64,000 nt of DNA from the human T2T-CHM13v2.0 reference genome, Homo sapiens: the NCBI RefSeq assembly GCF_009914755.1, contig NC_060940.1; one strand, given 5' to 3'. Under the pieces are notes generated by a model. It was not told the origin of the DNA, did not search any database, and saw nothing but the letters and a program-made list of their open reading frames with translations. This document shows, piece by piece, positions 30,410 through 45,036 of the stretch; position 1 is the stretch's first letter; each line of letters begins with the position of its first letter. The position numbers and the translations under genes were made by a program.

Positions 30410-30777
30410 ATCTGCAAGTTGGTTTCTTAAGAAATCACTGCTGATCTTTACAGAGAAATGCTATAACAAAAGCACAAAACCCAAATGCTTGAGGACCATG
30501 AGTAAGGAAATAAGATTTTTCATGTGACAAGCAATGTTCCAACCACTTTAACACTCCATTGTCCCTGTGCAGAAACATGTTTCCCCTCCCATTATTAAAG
30601 CATCTGATGTATTTTTCAATGATTTTCTATAGACATCTTATTTAGTAAGTGTATTAAGCCTCAGGCTTTCCCTCCAGTCTTACCTAGAACCTGAAACTGC
30701 ACTAGAGATGTGTCATAGTTGCCAAATCCCTAGCTGAAGTGTCAAGTGCTTTTTCATTTTAGAAAGATCACAGCATT

Positions 30778-31076
30778 GGCCCAGCGCAGTGGCTCATGCC
30801 TGTAATCCCAGCACTTTGGGAGGTCGAGGCGGGCGGATCAGGTCAGGAGATGAAGACCATCCTGGCTAACACGGTGAAACCCCGTCTCTACTAAAAATAC
30901 AAAAAATTAGCCAGGCATGTTGGCGGGTGCCTGTAGTCCCAGATACTCAGGAGGCTGAGGCAGAAGAATGGTGTGAACCCAGGAGGCGGAGCTTGCAGTA
31001 AGCCGAGATTGCACCACTGCACTCCAGCCTGGGTGACAGAGCGAGACTCCGTCTCAATTAAAAAAAAAAAAAAAAA
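30778..31076 (+). mobile_element. AluY-like (first of tandem pair)
   Basis: gaccatcctggctaacacggtg, gaatggtgtgaac. TSD aaagatcacagcatt. Confidence 0.9.
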
Positions 31077-31091
31077 AAAGATCACAGCATT

Positions 31092-31377
31092 GGCCGGGCA
31101 TGGTGGCTCACACTTGCAATCCCAGCACTTTGGAAGGCCGAGGCAGGCAGATCACTTGAGGTTAGGAGATCAAGACCAGCCTGGCCAACATGATGAAACC
31201 CCATCTCTACTAAAAATACAAGAAAAATTAGCTGGGTTTGGTAGTGCACACCTGTAATCCCAGCTACTAGGGAGGCTGAGGCAGGAGAATCACGTGAACC
31301 TGGGAGGTGGAGCAAGCAAGTGAGCCAAGACTGAGTCACTGTACTCCAGCCTGGGTGACAGAGCAAGACTCCATCTC

Positions 31378-31403
<26 letters not shown>
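31092..31403 (+). mobile_element. AluS-like (second of tandem pair)
   Basis: gatcacttgagg...gaccagcctggccaac. Same TSD aaagatcacagcatt. Confidence 0.9.
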
Positions 31404-31408
<5 letters not shown>

Positions 31409-32654
31409 TCACAGCATTCAGCATTGTGTAGAGTGGATAGAATGTTTCATGAATGAATGGAAAAATCTCTCTTAAAATATATCAGCCTTCTATGAGATAA
31501 AGCTGAATATCAACTCAATATACTAACTGAAGTGAACAGATTACCCCACTGAAGGTCTATGAATTTTGGTAAATATATCTAGAAATATATAGATATAACC
31601 TCATGATTTATCTCTATCAAGAAATATTGAAGTAACAGCCTTCCATGTCTTCTAAGATGCCACTTTCACACTGAGCATCAATAGAAGAGCAATGCCCACT
31701 TCCAATTGCTGGAGGAAAAGAATACGTTCTGGCCATAGTGAGAGTAAGCAGAACACATTAGACATGTGACAGAGTTGGGGGAAAAGACAACACTTTATTA
31801 GACAACTTTTCCATTATTATCATCACTTGTTCTTTACTTTGCTTAGCAGTATAAACATATATAACTTCATTTCCATTCAGATTATTTACATATTTAATAT
31901 GTAATGAAATGATTTAATAAACTGCATCATCAATATATTTTATCTCAATAGATAATACATTTTAAAGTGCAGCATAACTACGCTCATTTTCAAAGATGAA
32001 GCTGCTCGGTAGCTATTAATGAGGCAGGAGAAACATGATCAATACTGTTTTTCATTTTGAACATATTCTGGGAGAACAGTCTGGTGCAAAGAACACTAGA
32101 ATTGGAGTAAGGTGAGGTGGGTTCCAGTCCTTTTTCACTGAAAAGTTATGTCACTTTGGGACAGCCATTCATCGTTCTAGGCTTCAGTTCTTCAGTTGTT
32201 AGAAGGGATTAAACATACTGTCTACTTGCAGGGTTCTGGAGAGGTCAAATGGAATGAAAGGCAACAGTGTTCTGCAAAATGCAACGTATCAGGCACCTAT
32301 ATGGTACTGTCATAATGGCAGTCCTGTGCTTATGATCTGCAAGTACTTTTTTCACAGGATGCCATTTGCTACTCATTTACTCCATGGTCTGACTCTCTCT
32401 TTTACTTTTGGATTGGAATCTCCACCTATTTGTATATTTATGTTCTTTAGTATGAGAGTAATTTTGTTATGAAACAAACAATACTACTTTTTTTTATACT
32501 GTACTATTTTTTAAAAACTGATAAATAATTATACATACTCATGGGGCACACAGTGATGTTGTGATACTTGTATAGTGATTGGATCAGGGTTTTTAGCATA
32601 TCGATCATCTCAAACATTTATCATTTCTTCCTATTCAGAATATTCAATATCCTC

Positions 32655-32959
32655 TTTTTTTTTTTTTTTTTTTTTTTGAGATGGAGTCTTGCTGTGTTGT
32701 GCAGGCTGGAGGGCAGTGGCGCGATCTTGGCTCACTCCAACTCCACTTCCCGGGTTCACGCCATTCTCCTGCTTCAGCCTCCCGAGTAGCTGGGACTACA
32801 CACACCTGCCACCACTCCCGGCTAACTTTTTTTGTGTTTTTAGTACGGACGGGGTTTCACCGTGTTAACCAGGATGGTCTTAATCTCCTGACCTCGTGAT
32901 CCACCCACCTTGGCCTTCCAAAGTGCTGGGATTACAGGCGTTAGCTACTGTGCCTGGCC
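32655..32959 (-). mobile_element. AluY-like
   Basis: Reverse Alu (ttcacgccattctcc, aggatggtct). TSD tcaatatcctc at 32644-32654 and 32960-32970. Confidence 0.9.
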
Positions 32960-32974
32960 TCAATATCCTCCTTC

Positions 32975-33711
32975 TAATAGCGGCAGGAGGCAGACAAATT
33001 CCTAGGCAAATAGGGATGGGTCCCCGGTGAAACCCGACCTTCAAACCAAAGAAAAACTAAAGCCTGAAACCAAGCAGCCAGTTCCGGGTAAAGTCCCCGA
33101 CCAGAGTGAGAACTTCCTTGATGCCTCTTAGACAATAAAATGGTGCTTTTCCGAGGCCGCCATGGACCAATCCACATGCACTCCCCCATTCTGAGCCCAT
33201 AAAAACCCCAGACCCAGCCACACGTGGGGATTCCCTGCTTTTGGGTAGGGGCTGCCCACTTCAGGTCCCCTGTCCACTGAGAGCTATTCTGTTGCTAAAT
33301 AAAACTCTTCTCCACCTTGCTCAATCTCTGGTTGTCCACTGTAACACCCCCTTTAGGGCCCTGCAGTTGCTGGTGTCTCCAAGTTTTTAGATGCCACTAT
33401 GCTCCCGTTGTCCAAACGCTGGCGCCTAAGTCAGAAGCTGCTTGTAGTATGCCCGGTTGAGCCTCAGCCTTGCATGGAGTTGGCGCCTGGGGCAGCTGCC
33501 CTGCACTTGCTTGCTTATACACCCCTCATCACGCAGTGCCTGGCTTGCCCACAGTGGGTGTGAGATTAGGACTGGTAGTGCGAGCCAAACACAGCCTGCC
33601 GGGTCGAGAGGGCAGTGCCAGCCCAGAGGTTGTAAGTGAAACTTGAGCAGAGGCCCCACCAGCGGTGGAGGTCTCTAGCTGGCGAAGTGGCACTGAAAAA
33701 ATCCTGTGTCA
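32975..33711 (+). mobile_element. MER50-like ERV1 solo LTR (~737 bp)
   Basis: caggaggcagacaaattcctaggca...ccccggtgaaaccc start, CCAAT and TATA-like cataaaa, AATAAA, end aaaaaatcctgtgtca. Imperfect 4-bp TSD cttc/attc. Confidence 0.7.
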
Positions 33712-33989
33712 ATTCCAGGTATTTGAAACTATATATTATTGTTAATCGCAGTCATCCTGTCAACTGCAGTGCTATGGAACACTAGAAATTATTCCTAGTT
33801 AGCTGCAATTTTGGATCCTTTGACTGCAGCATTTCTTACTGTGATGTTCTTACCGATCTGCACTGTTTCCCTGCAATCCAAAATTCAACGAACTCACTAG
33901 GGGCTTCTGTTGCAGTCATCTCTTTACCTTTTCTTTTCTGAGTTGGTTTCTGGAATTATTGTGTACTAATTTCAATGACTTAAGGGTAG

Positions 33990-34200
33990 AAAGTTTAGAA
34001 ACAGATTTCCTAGCTCAACTCGCAGCTCCACTGTTTGCTAGCCATGAGGCAGGAATAAGTTAGTCCTTCTTTAAGCATTCCTTGACTTATTAAAAAATGT
34101 ATTTTTACAAGGATTTTGTGAGGATTAAGGAGATAATCCATATAAAATGCTCAGTATAGTGCCTAGCACACAGCATGCATTTAATGTTAGTAATAGTAGT
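33990..34200 (+). mobile_element. MIR
   Basis: ttgtgaggattaag...agtgcctagcacacagc 3' MIR signature. Confidence 0.6.
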
Positions 34201-34482
34201 AGGAACACTAGTAGTAATGCTGTTACTACTGCTACCACAACTACCAAAACCACTGAAGCAGTTAACCCACACCTGTTGACAGGAAGACTTTCTGCCATTT
34301 TCTACTTGAATTCCAACCAAATGTGTCATGTGGTAGCAAGTAGCCTTTCATAGATGACTATCAATGCTTTGGCTTTCATGTTTAATATTTAATGTTAAAA
34401 CTGCCATATTTATAAAGGTAAAAACTGACCATGAAGCAGTATGTAATGATGACTGCATGCCCCTATCTTTATTTATGTAAAG

Positions 34483-34693
34483 CAGTGGTTCTCAACTGAG
34501 GGAATTTTAGTCCCCTGAGAACATCTGGCAATGTCTGCAGACATTTTTGATTGTCACAAGTGGGAGGTGGTTACTATGAACTAGTGAGAAGAGGTCAGGG
34601 ACACTGCTAAACAATCGACAATGAACAAGACAGTTCTTCACAGAAAGAATTATCTGGCTCAAAATGGTGATGTGCCAACGCTGAAAAATTCTG
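34483..34693 (+). mobile_element. MER20
   Basis: cagtggttctcaac...ggcaatgtctgcagacatttttgattgtcac...tgaaaaattctg. Confidence 0.8.
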
Positions 34694-34730
34694 ACATAAA
34701 GGGTGCCCAAGGATCTGGTTTTGCCACTCT

Positions 34731-34950
34731 CTCTTTTTTTTTTTTTTTCCTGAGACAGAGTCTCGCTCTTTCACCCAGGCTGGAGTACAGTGGTGCGATC
34801 TCGGCTCACTGCAAGCTCCACCTCCCAGGTTCACGCCATTCTCCTACCTCAGCCCCCCAGTAGCTGGGACTACAGGCGCCCGCCACCGCACCCAGCTAAT
34901 TTTCTGTATTTTTAGTAGAGAGGGGTTTCACCGTGTTAGCCAGGATGGTC
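34731..34950 (-). mobile_element. 5'-truncated AluY
   Basis: Reverse Alu stopping at aggatggtc. 17-bp TSD tctggttttgccactct / tctggttttgccattct. Confidence 0.88.
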
Positions 34951-35040
34951 TCTGGTTTTGCCATTCTTCACTCTTCCTCCACGACACTTACCTACTTTCT
35001 TCCTTGAGTTCTGTTCCTACATTTCTAACCAATTCCTTGA

Positions 35041-35572
<532 letters not shown>

Positions 35573-36104
35573 TCTATTTCTCTTATTGCTCACCAGAAGA
35601 AAACACAAGTAAGCACTGTGTTAATGGTCATCCCATATTCTCATATCTAACCCTTTTTGTCTATTTCCAACATTTCCTTCTTTAATCATTCATCTCTTTC
35701 CCAGGTTATTATAAATTCCTCCTAAATTTACTATAAACTTTAATCTCCCTACGTCCAGATGTTGCATGCTAACCTATCTGATATGCAGTGGCCAATTTAA
35801 TTGCAATAATGAAGGCTCTGTTCATCTCACTCTCAGTCCTAAAACAATAGCTTCTCAGTAGATTTTTAAGAGATCATATTACTTAGTTTAGAGATCAAAG
35901 CTCTTGCTGATCTTGTATAAACCAATTTTTCTAGTCTTACATTTCAATATCTCTTTCATGTTCTGGCCTAAATCAGCCACTTTATACCATCTGGATGTGT
36001 CTTGTGTCTCCTGTGCAATTCCTTGCCTGCCTTTTCCTCTTTCTTTCTCACTTCCAAATCACTAAAATCCTTTAATTCATACTAGTCATGTTGAATACTA
36101 CATC

Positions 36105-36400
<296 letters not shown>

Positions 36401-36809
36401 TAAATACCACATCTTTCTTGAGGCCTTCACTGATAATTCTGGAATCAGATAGAAGCAACTGCTCTTTGAATTCCTGTAGCATAATGTATATCTCATCATA
36501 CCAGCCAGGGTCATCCACACTCACATCCCAGCTCCTAGCCTACAAGCCCTATTCACTTCTGTAACTGCCAGAGCACTACCATGGGGCTGTACATGCAACT
36601 GATATGTAAGAAGATTTGTTGAGCTTTCATTCTTCTACTGGCTAATGTGGTTTTATAGGTTTTGAGGTTTTTTTGGCAAATTAGTATGTGACTGCAAAGT
36701 CTCTGTCCAATCTCTAATTGAAAATGATCATTCATTTTATGAAAACAAAACTTTATCTATCCTAGTTAATTCTGAATCTACTAATGATTAACTATTGTTA
36801 CTGTGGAAA

Positions 36810-37074
36810 CTGAGAAAGATTATCTCCTTGACCAAACTTTGGTTAGGCTCCTCTGAGAACTCTGCTTAACTTATCCCAACCACTACCCTGCCCAAGTAAT
36901 TTCCCTTCCACTGACCCCCATCCTGCTCATTGGTTATAACATCCTGATTTTCCTTGTATTTGGAGGTGAGTCCAATCTCTTCCCCCTACTGCAAAACCCC
37001 ACTGTAGGAGCACTCTTGAAGAAAATCTGCCTTACCATCTTTAACAAGAGTTTAAAAATACTTTTTTCTTTAAA
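36810..37074 (+). mobile_element. MER31-like solo LTR, internally deleted
   Basis: tctccttgaccaaactttggttaggctcctctgag start and ccttaccatctttaacaag...ttttttctttaa end, as recalled for MER31. Confidence 0.6.
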
Positions 37075-38695
37075 AGTTACTTACTGATCCAGCCCTTTAT
37101 AAGAAGAAAAACCCTTAGTCCCCATTTTCTAACAGTGAATTTATTAGTTTTCTTTAAAGAAAACAATAACAAAAGACCCAGTCAAAATCTATTTTATTCA
37201 TCAAGAATCTTCTCCTATTGAGTTGCTTCATTCCATTAAGTTTAAATCAGCCTAGACTGAAAGAACCTCAGATACTTAAGGGTGTTTCATTATGTTCTAT
37301 AGATATTCTACTTATTTATAATGAGGCTTCCCCCGACCCTCAGATACAAGTTAATCAAATACACCTCTCATTTTCTAATACTAGAAGATTCACTTGTGGT
37401 AGCAATGAAAGGCCACCTGCAAACAAACTTCTCCCAGCAGTGGGGACTTAATGTACGGCAGTCATAAAAATATAGCAACCATATTTCTATTATCAGAAAA
37501 ACAAATATAACTGCATTTTTTTAAAAAGTAGTACATTAAATAAGTCTTTTTTGATTTAGATGTCTTACTTCCCCTTGCCCCATTTAAAAAAACAAAAAAA
37601 AAGAATCAAATTGCTGAGCTTAGAAGTAGTCGGAAGCTCTGATTTCATCTAAACAAAGCAACCCCCCATCGTAGTTTCCTTCCATGAAGAGATCTGAGTC
37701 ATGACCAGCATCACTTACCATATTATGAGGGATGGCTGATAATGAGTCTGAGTCTCCTTCCATAAGTTTGTGCTTTACATTTCAAAAATCTGCTTATTTT
37801 TTATCAGCATTTTAATAAAATTTATAAAAGGTTATGGGTTTAATTTGGATTGAATAAAATACAATCAGGAGTTGCAGATGGGAAATCAACAGACCTAAAA
37901 TTAAAATTCGATAAATGCCTACTGCATGTCAGGCATGTTACACAAACTGTTTCATTTGATCTTCATAAAGATCCTGTGAAGCAGAGGCTCTTACGCCCAT
38001 TTTCTGTGTGTGGAAAGTGGGGTTCGATACTTGGCCAATACTTCACGAATGTCACTGTGATGGCCAGTTTGGTCTGGTCTCAGATCCTGTCTTCTACTAT
38101 GTAGCCTGAAATTTAACTTTAAAATTTCAGGTTGTTTATTCTTCATTAATTAATCCATCATATAACTCACATCAAGCTAAAAGTAAAACAAAATCATGAC
38201 ATTGGTTTGGGAATCTTCTACTTACAATTAAAAAAAAAAAAACCCTATTGGGAAAGATTTCTTAATCCTAGTCAACGTGGCAGTAAGTTTGGTGTTTGTT
38301 GTCTTATTTCTTTATATAAGCCTAAAGGCAAAGGGGAAAAATTGGTCTTTTTAAAATAGTTTTTTTTCATAAACCATCATGCTGACAAATTAAATGACAG
38401 TAACTCTCTCAACAGCTGACAGCATAGCAGGGGTCCTGTTAACATGCACATTAGGGCAGCCTGATTGGTTTAATTGGCAGTCATGCCTAAAAACCTGCAG
38501 AGTAACTGATGCTGAATGAATCACTTCCTTCAGAAATATTCAGTAGTTTGAATGCAGCAATGCAACCAAAGGCTCTTAAAGTTTTCTATTTATTGTTGAA
38601 ATCAACCAAGTGATTATTTTCATTTTATTTTCTAAAATTGTGTGCTTTTACTGAAAGCCATCATTTTAAAATGCTTCAAGGAAAAGATTTCTTAC

Positions 38696-38760
38696 CAAAT
38701 TTTCCCATATTTCAAACTGGAAGGTACTAGTGGTGGCATTCAATGTCGTCAGGAATAAAT
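38696..38760 (-). CDS. ITFG1: ITFG1 internal coding exon (probably exon 7), 65 nt, phase 1 to phase 0: (D)LFLTTLNATTSTFQFEIWENL
   Basis: Minus strand tttttccttctag|ATTTATTCCTG...GAAAATTTG|gtaagaaa: canonical acceptor and donor, open frame. The peptide matches my recall of ITFG1/TIP (...FTADLFLTTLNATTSTFQFEIWENLDGNFS...) and joins in frame to the exon at 28611-28692. Confidence 0.95.
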
Positions 38761-39525
38761 CTAGAAGGAAAAATAATAAAAACGTAAAGTTTTGTAGTCT
38801 TACTGATGTGTACATTTAAAAACAGAAAAAAAATGCAATACATTAAAAGAATTGACACAATTCTACTTAAACATATTTTAAATTATATTTTAACAAGTTT
38901 CATCCCATTAAAAAAAAAAGCAGATGACCCTGCATTAAAGAAAATGTATTTAACGAGGATATTTGGTATTAGTCCTTCAAGAATATTCCTTATTTCCAAG
39001 AATAGTTATGTGTCGCACTTTTTTTAAATCATGTGCCTTTTAATCTTTTTTATTCCAAAGTGTACTATATTTTTTAAAACAGATATTCTGATCGCAATCA
39101 CATTTGCTTTCTCACCCTGAAAGCAAGCAACACTTACCTATATATCATAGTTTTCAGCATTATTTTAAATAACAGTATTTCACCACCCAAAAGTTTTTGC
39201 ACTCATGTTAAATGAATAAATTATGTTTCAAATTTTCAGTAATAGAATTGTCTTCATAAATTCCAGCTAACGAATGGTTGTTTTATTGAAAAGTACAATA
39301 ATTTTAATAAAATTTCTTTGAAAAAAAATAGGTTCACAGTCAAATGAAACATCCTATTATTGTAAAGGCCTATTACTGCAAACAAATCTATTCTAGTAGC
39401 AGCATTTATTATGTTTGTATCATGGCAATTTTACTTAGTGAATATATAAGGTATTAAAACGATGAGGTGGCTTATAGGAATATTAAAATAACATTACTGT
39501 TTTATGCTTTGAAAAACAAATTACT

Positions 39526-39810
39526 GGCAGGGCGCTGTGGCTCACGCCTATAATCGCAGCACTTTGGGAAGCCGAGGTGGCAGATCAAGACCATCCTGGC
39601 CAACATGGTGAAACCCCATCGCTACTAAAAATACAAAAATTAGCTGGGTGTGATGGTGCGCACCTGTAGTCCCAGCCACTTGGGAGGCTGAGGCAGAAGA
39701 ATCACTTGAACCCAGGAGGCGGAGGTTGCAGTGAGCCAAGATTCTGATCTCCAGCCTGGAGACAGAGGGAGACTCTGTCTCACCAAAAAAAAAAAAAAAA
39801 AAAAAAAAAA
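39526..39810 (+). mobile_element. Alu (AluSc-like) with a short internal deletion in the left arm
   Basis: cagatcaagaccatcctggccaac (collapsed at GATC microhomology), long A-tail. Confidence 0.88.
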
Positions 39811-41756
39811 GATTCAGAGTGATGTGAAGGCCATGACTACTGAAAAAAAGAGTTTTTTTTTCCCTTCCTACATTAGATATGCTCAGAAAACTATCATTCA
39901 CATTTTAATGTGTTTTCTGTAAGGGTGTCATATGAATTTGATGAAGCTAATTTATCTAATAATTGTAATAATAAAGATTTTCATGGAATCACCCAAAAGC
40001 TAAGGAATTTATTTTTATAATTAGTTGAACTCAAAACTCCTCATTCCAAGTGGAACCATTCTTTTGTCCATGTATCAAATAGCTCTGTATTTATTTCCAC
40101 AACAAGGAAAATGCTTTGCCTGTGGATATGCAAATGTAGTCCTCTATGAACGTCATTTGTTTACTGTTACTCATGCACTCCCAATGACGTGTTACTTCCA
40201 AAGTCATTTGATCTCATTCCTTTTCTTCCAAGATGAAGGGCAAATACCTCAGCTGTTATGTGAAGGCTACCTTACCTACCTTTCCAGCCTCAATTCTGTG
40301 TTACTCCCTCACAAGAAGATTGTTTTCAGACAGAGCAAAGTAGTCGCCAGATTTTATCATGTTTTTTGACCTCTGTTTGCCTCTCTACATGTCATTCCTT
40401 GTCTCTGTAGTACCTTTCCACCTCACAGCCACCTGGTGAATGGATTCTTCAAAATTGGCTGAAATGTCCTCTTCCTTCTAGAGTTCCTTCCTCTCCCTAG
40501 ACATAGCTTTCCCTCCGCTGTTATTCTCCTTTGCTACCTCTGTCACGGCAGTGATTACAACCTACCATGGTATTCTGGCTTCACATCTGCCTGTCCAAAG
40601 CTCCCTGAGGGCAGGAATCATGCCTAACGGATTTTTCTATCCCTGCTGTTTCTATGAGCTAGGAAATATAACATGTTCAAATGATTGCTGGATAATTATG
40701 GACAACATGCTATATGTATATTGTAGTTCTTGCAAATTTGCTTGGACGTCTAAAAATAATTGCTCTATTATGTCTTTAAATGGAAAGTCTTGGGGAAAGA
40801 AGGGTCTACGTTAAAGTGTTTCATTAAAAATAATCACAGTGACTACTGTACTAAGTATGTTTAAAAGGTGTTACATTTTTATAGCATCTGAAAATGGGAA
40901 TAATCAGCATAAGAAAGTGATTAGGGATTAACAGCCACAGAGAATTCTAAGAATCACTAAGGGAGGCATGAGTGCAAGTTCTGACCTATTTGAAAGAACT
41001 AAAACTGAGAAAAGGGGCAAGCATGCTACTACATTACAGGTGAATTTGTTCAAACTGAAAATATCCAACTTTTGAAACTCTTAACCCATTTGAAAATAGA
41101 ATAAATGTGGAGACATGTTTTCAACAAGAAATCAAAGGTCTGGTGTCTTGATAAGGCAGTTAGCGTCATGGGATTAGAAGAATGACTCTGTGACCACATA
41201 TGGTTAAGATATGGTTAAGGGGGATAGTTAGAGGGAGTGGTGTAACTACCAGCAATTTATCGCCGCTCCTTGAAAACCAATTCAAAAATTTTTTTCCACT
41301 GGTGTTCTATTAGTCAGAATCTATATTTGCATAGAAGGTGAAAATTATGCCCTCTTCTTTCATGCATATTTAAAGAATTTAGGAACTATAACACACAATG
41401 CTGATTCTATTTCCATGGCTTTGCTAGCTATTTATTAAAACTTTGAAAAGTAGTAAAGCTAGTTGAGGGACTGGAAGTATCTTGTAAAATAGACTTTTTA
41501 AAAATATATCATCTTACTATTCAATTATGTAAAGGGGCATAGAAAAAATAAATGATTCATTACACAGAGAAACAAAAATAGAGAAAATTAATTATTAGTA
41601 ATTAAATATAAAGAATCATGCCTCAGACTTTGAATGAAATGGGAATGAAGAAACTCCTAAAGAAAATTTTTAATCAATGAAGCAATAAAGTTCTCACCCT
41701 CTCACATGGCTAAGAGTAATTCACAAAATAAAATTAAGGAAATGTACTCCAGAAAC

Positions 41757-42173
41757 TGTCATGGATGTGACATGCCACCCAGATGCCCTTTTGGGAATTA
41801 AGGATTTATTCTCTCAGCTTCTAGAAATATTGCTGGTAGACAATCCTAAGTGGTTAGCCCTCTTTGGAACAACTTCGGCTGAAAAGGAGCTACCTTGCAG
41901 AAGGTTGCATCCCTTTCTGGACTAGTCTGCATCCAATCAATGGTCAATTTGGAGGTATAAAGGCTGGACCCACTCACCACAACTCAGGACAACTCTACAG
42001 GGCCATTCCACATTCAGAGCTCCCCAGGGGTCCCCTTGAGGCTTTTACTGACACTGAATTGCAGCCCAACTCTGTTTCTGTCTCATGCCGTCCACTGGTT
42101 TTGACTCTAAAATGAAACTTCATGCCCATGAATCTCAGTCTCAAAGTCTGCTTCCCAGGAAACCCAACCAACA
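41757..42173 (+). mobile_element. LTR16A-like ERVL LTR
   Basis: TG start, TATA-like tataaagg, end tctcaaagtctgcttcccaggaaacccaaccaaca typical of LTR16. Confidence 0.7.
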
Positions 42174-43570
<1,397 letters not shown>

Positions 43571-44662
43571 GGGTTTGTCTTTCCTGTTTTCAAAACTAAG
43601 TTTAAAAATGCTAATAGAAACAACATAATGATAGCTGATATCACTGGTATTCACTTGAACAAATACTCCATAACAAAAGATCACATCATGATTTCATGAA
43701 AAATTCAGGATTTAAACTCCAAACTCAATTAAGTTCTTTTTCATTAGATTCATTTAACAAGTAAAATAGTGAAAATATTCAATGCACATGCAGTTTCTTC
43801 CTCAGAAACTACAGAGACATAGACAAGTGTGTACAAAAACATTAAATGGTTTATGCTTCAATTATCTCCATTCATAGCTTGAAAGGAGTAAGCTACTGCA
43901 TTTTAATCTTTGTCAACTGCAGCTTAGCCTTCCTTTCAAATGAAGAGCTCTCTGGTTAAAGTTGGCATTAAAAGGAAGCCTCAGGAGTTTTAGAAACTTA
44001 AATTGGAAGTCTAAATGAACTAAATCATATTAGAAAAACTCAAAACAAAGCTTAATGATTAATCATGAGCATGTAATATCCTTTTGATACACTATGGTAT
44101 AAAAGAAGATGTTGAAAATTGTGATTTCAGGCACTATATCCTTCAGTGTGATGTCTCAAGTTTTAAGAAAAATATTCCGATGGAAATTAAAAGAAAACTA
44201 TTCATAATATTATTTTGAGTTCCTGCATGAAGAAATTCTCCTTGGATAGTAATAGTTACTATTCACAGAGGAGTAATATTATGGGTTATTTTAGAAAAAC
44301 ATAGTTAATAAAACATTCGTAGTATTTTCTGTAAGCTGAAATGTCTGGAGACATTTCCACAAAGAATGGCTCAAAGCAGTATCATAACTTATACTGTTTC
44401 TATGCTCAAGCTAGGAGGCTATGCCAAGCTCATGTTTATATTTGTTCTATAGTAGTATCCAGTTTCTCTTAGGCCTAGTTATATTAGTGGAAGGGCAGCA
44501 TAACAATGTAGAATAAAAATATCTTTAAAATAAAACACCTTTTCCTCCACTTATTCATTAAAAAGTATACTGAAGGCCATATGACTTCTGAAATCACTAA
44601 GACAAACCAGGTCATGCCAGCTCTCACTCTTTGCAGCAGCAGTTTAATTGCATTCTGTAGCT

Positions 44663-45036
44663 CAGAGGTCATCAATTGAAATGCTATAAGGCATAAGGCC
44701 TTAACTTAAATAAGTTAAGAAGGCCTGGTACAAACAAGATGATCAAATAGTAAAAAGGCAAGGGCATACAAACTGAAAAAGCATCTCAGGATAAGACAGA
44801 CAGTAGTAAGTGAGGGAACTGGATGAAGCAAAAGAGATCATCACTGACCAGAGGGACAGAATTAATTAGCTCCAGACAATTGTTGTTGTTACAGAAATAT
44901 GATTTTTAATATGAAAAATCAAACTTTTGAAATACTGAAACTTAATTCAAAATATATGAAACACAGCATGGGTCAAAAAAACTCAAAACATGTCTCCAGG
45001 CTGATTTTGCTCATGAGTATTGGTTTGAAACCTCTG
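44663..45036. mobile_element. Possible old hAT-Charlie-type MITE
   Basis: Terminal inverted cagagg.../...cctctg and a Charlie-like 3' tail. TSD not convincing. Confidence 0.35.

Larger units (their letters stand above)
32510..33820 (-). mobile_element. L1MA 3' end fragment split by an Alu and an LTR
   Basis: L1MA 3'UTR text (atcatctcaaacatttatcatttc...aatatcctccttc | tatttgaaactatat...gtgctatggaacactagaa) continues across the two inserts. Confidence 0.65.

Noticed and set aside
39131-39141. Perfect minus-strand donor TAG|gtaagt (similar ones near 37715, 34986, 47195 and 30683)
   Set aside because: No convincing paired acceptor or open coding frame. The two real exons already join in frame and match the recalled protein.
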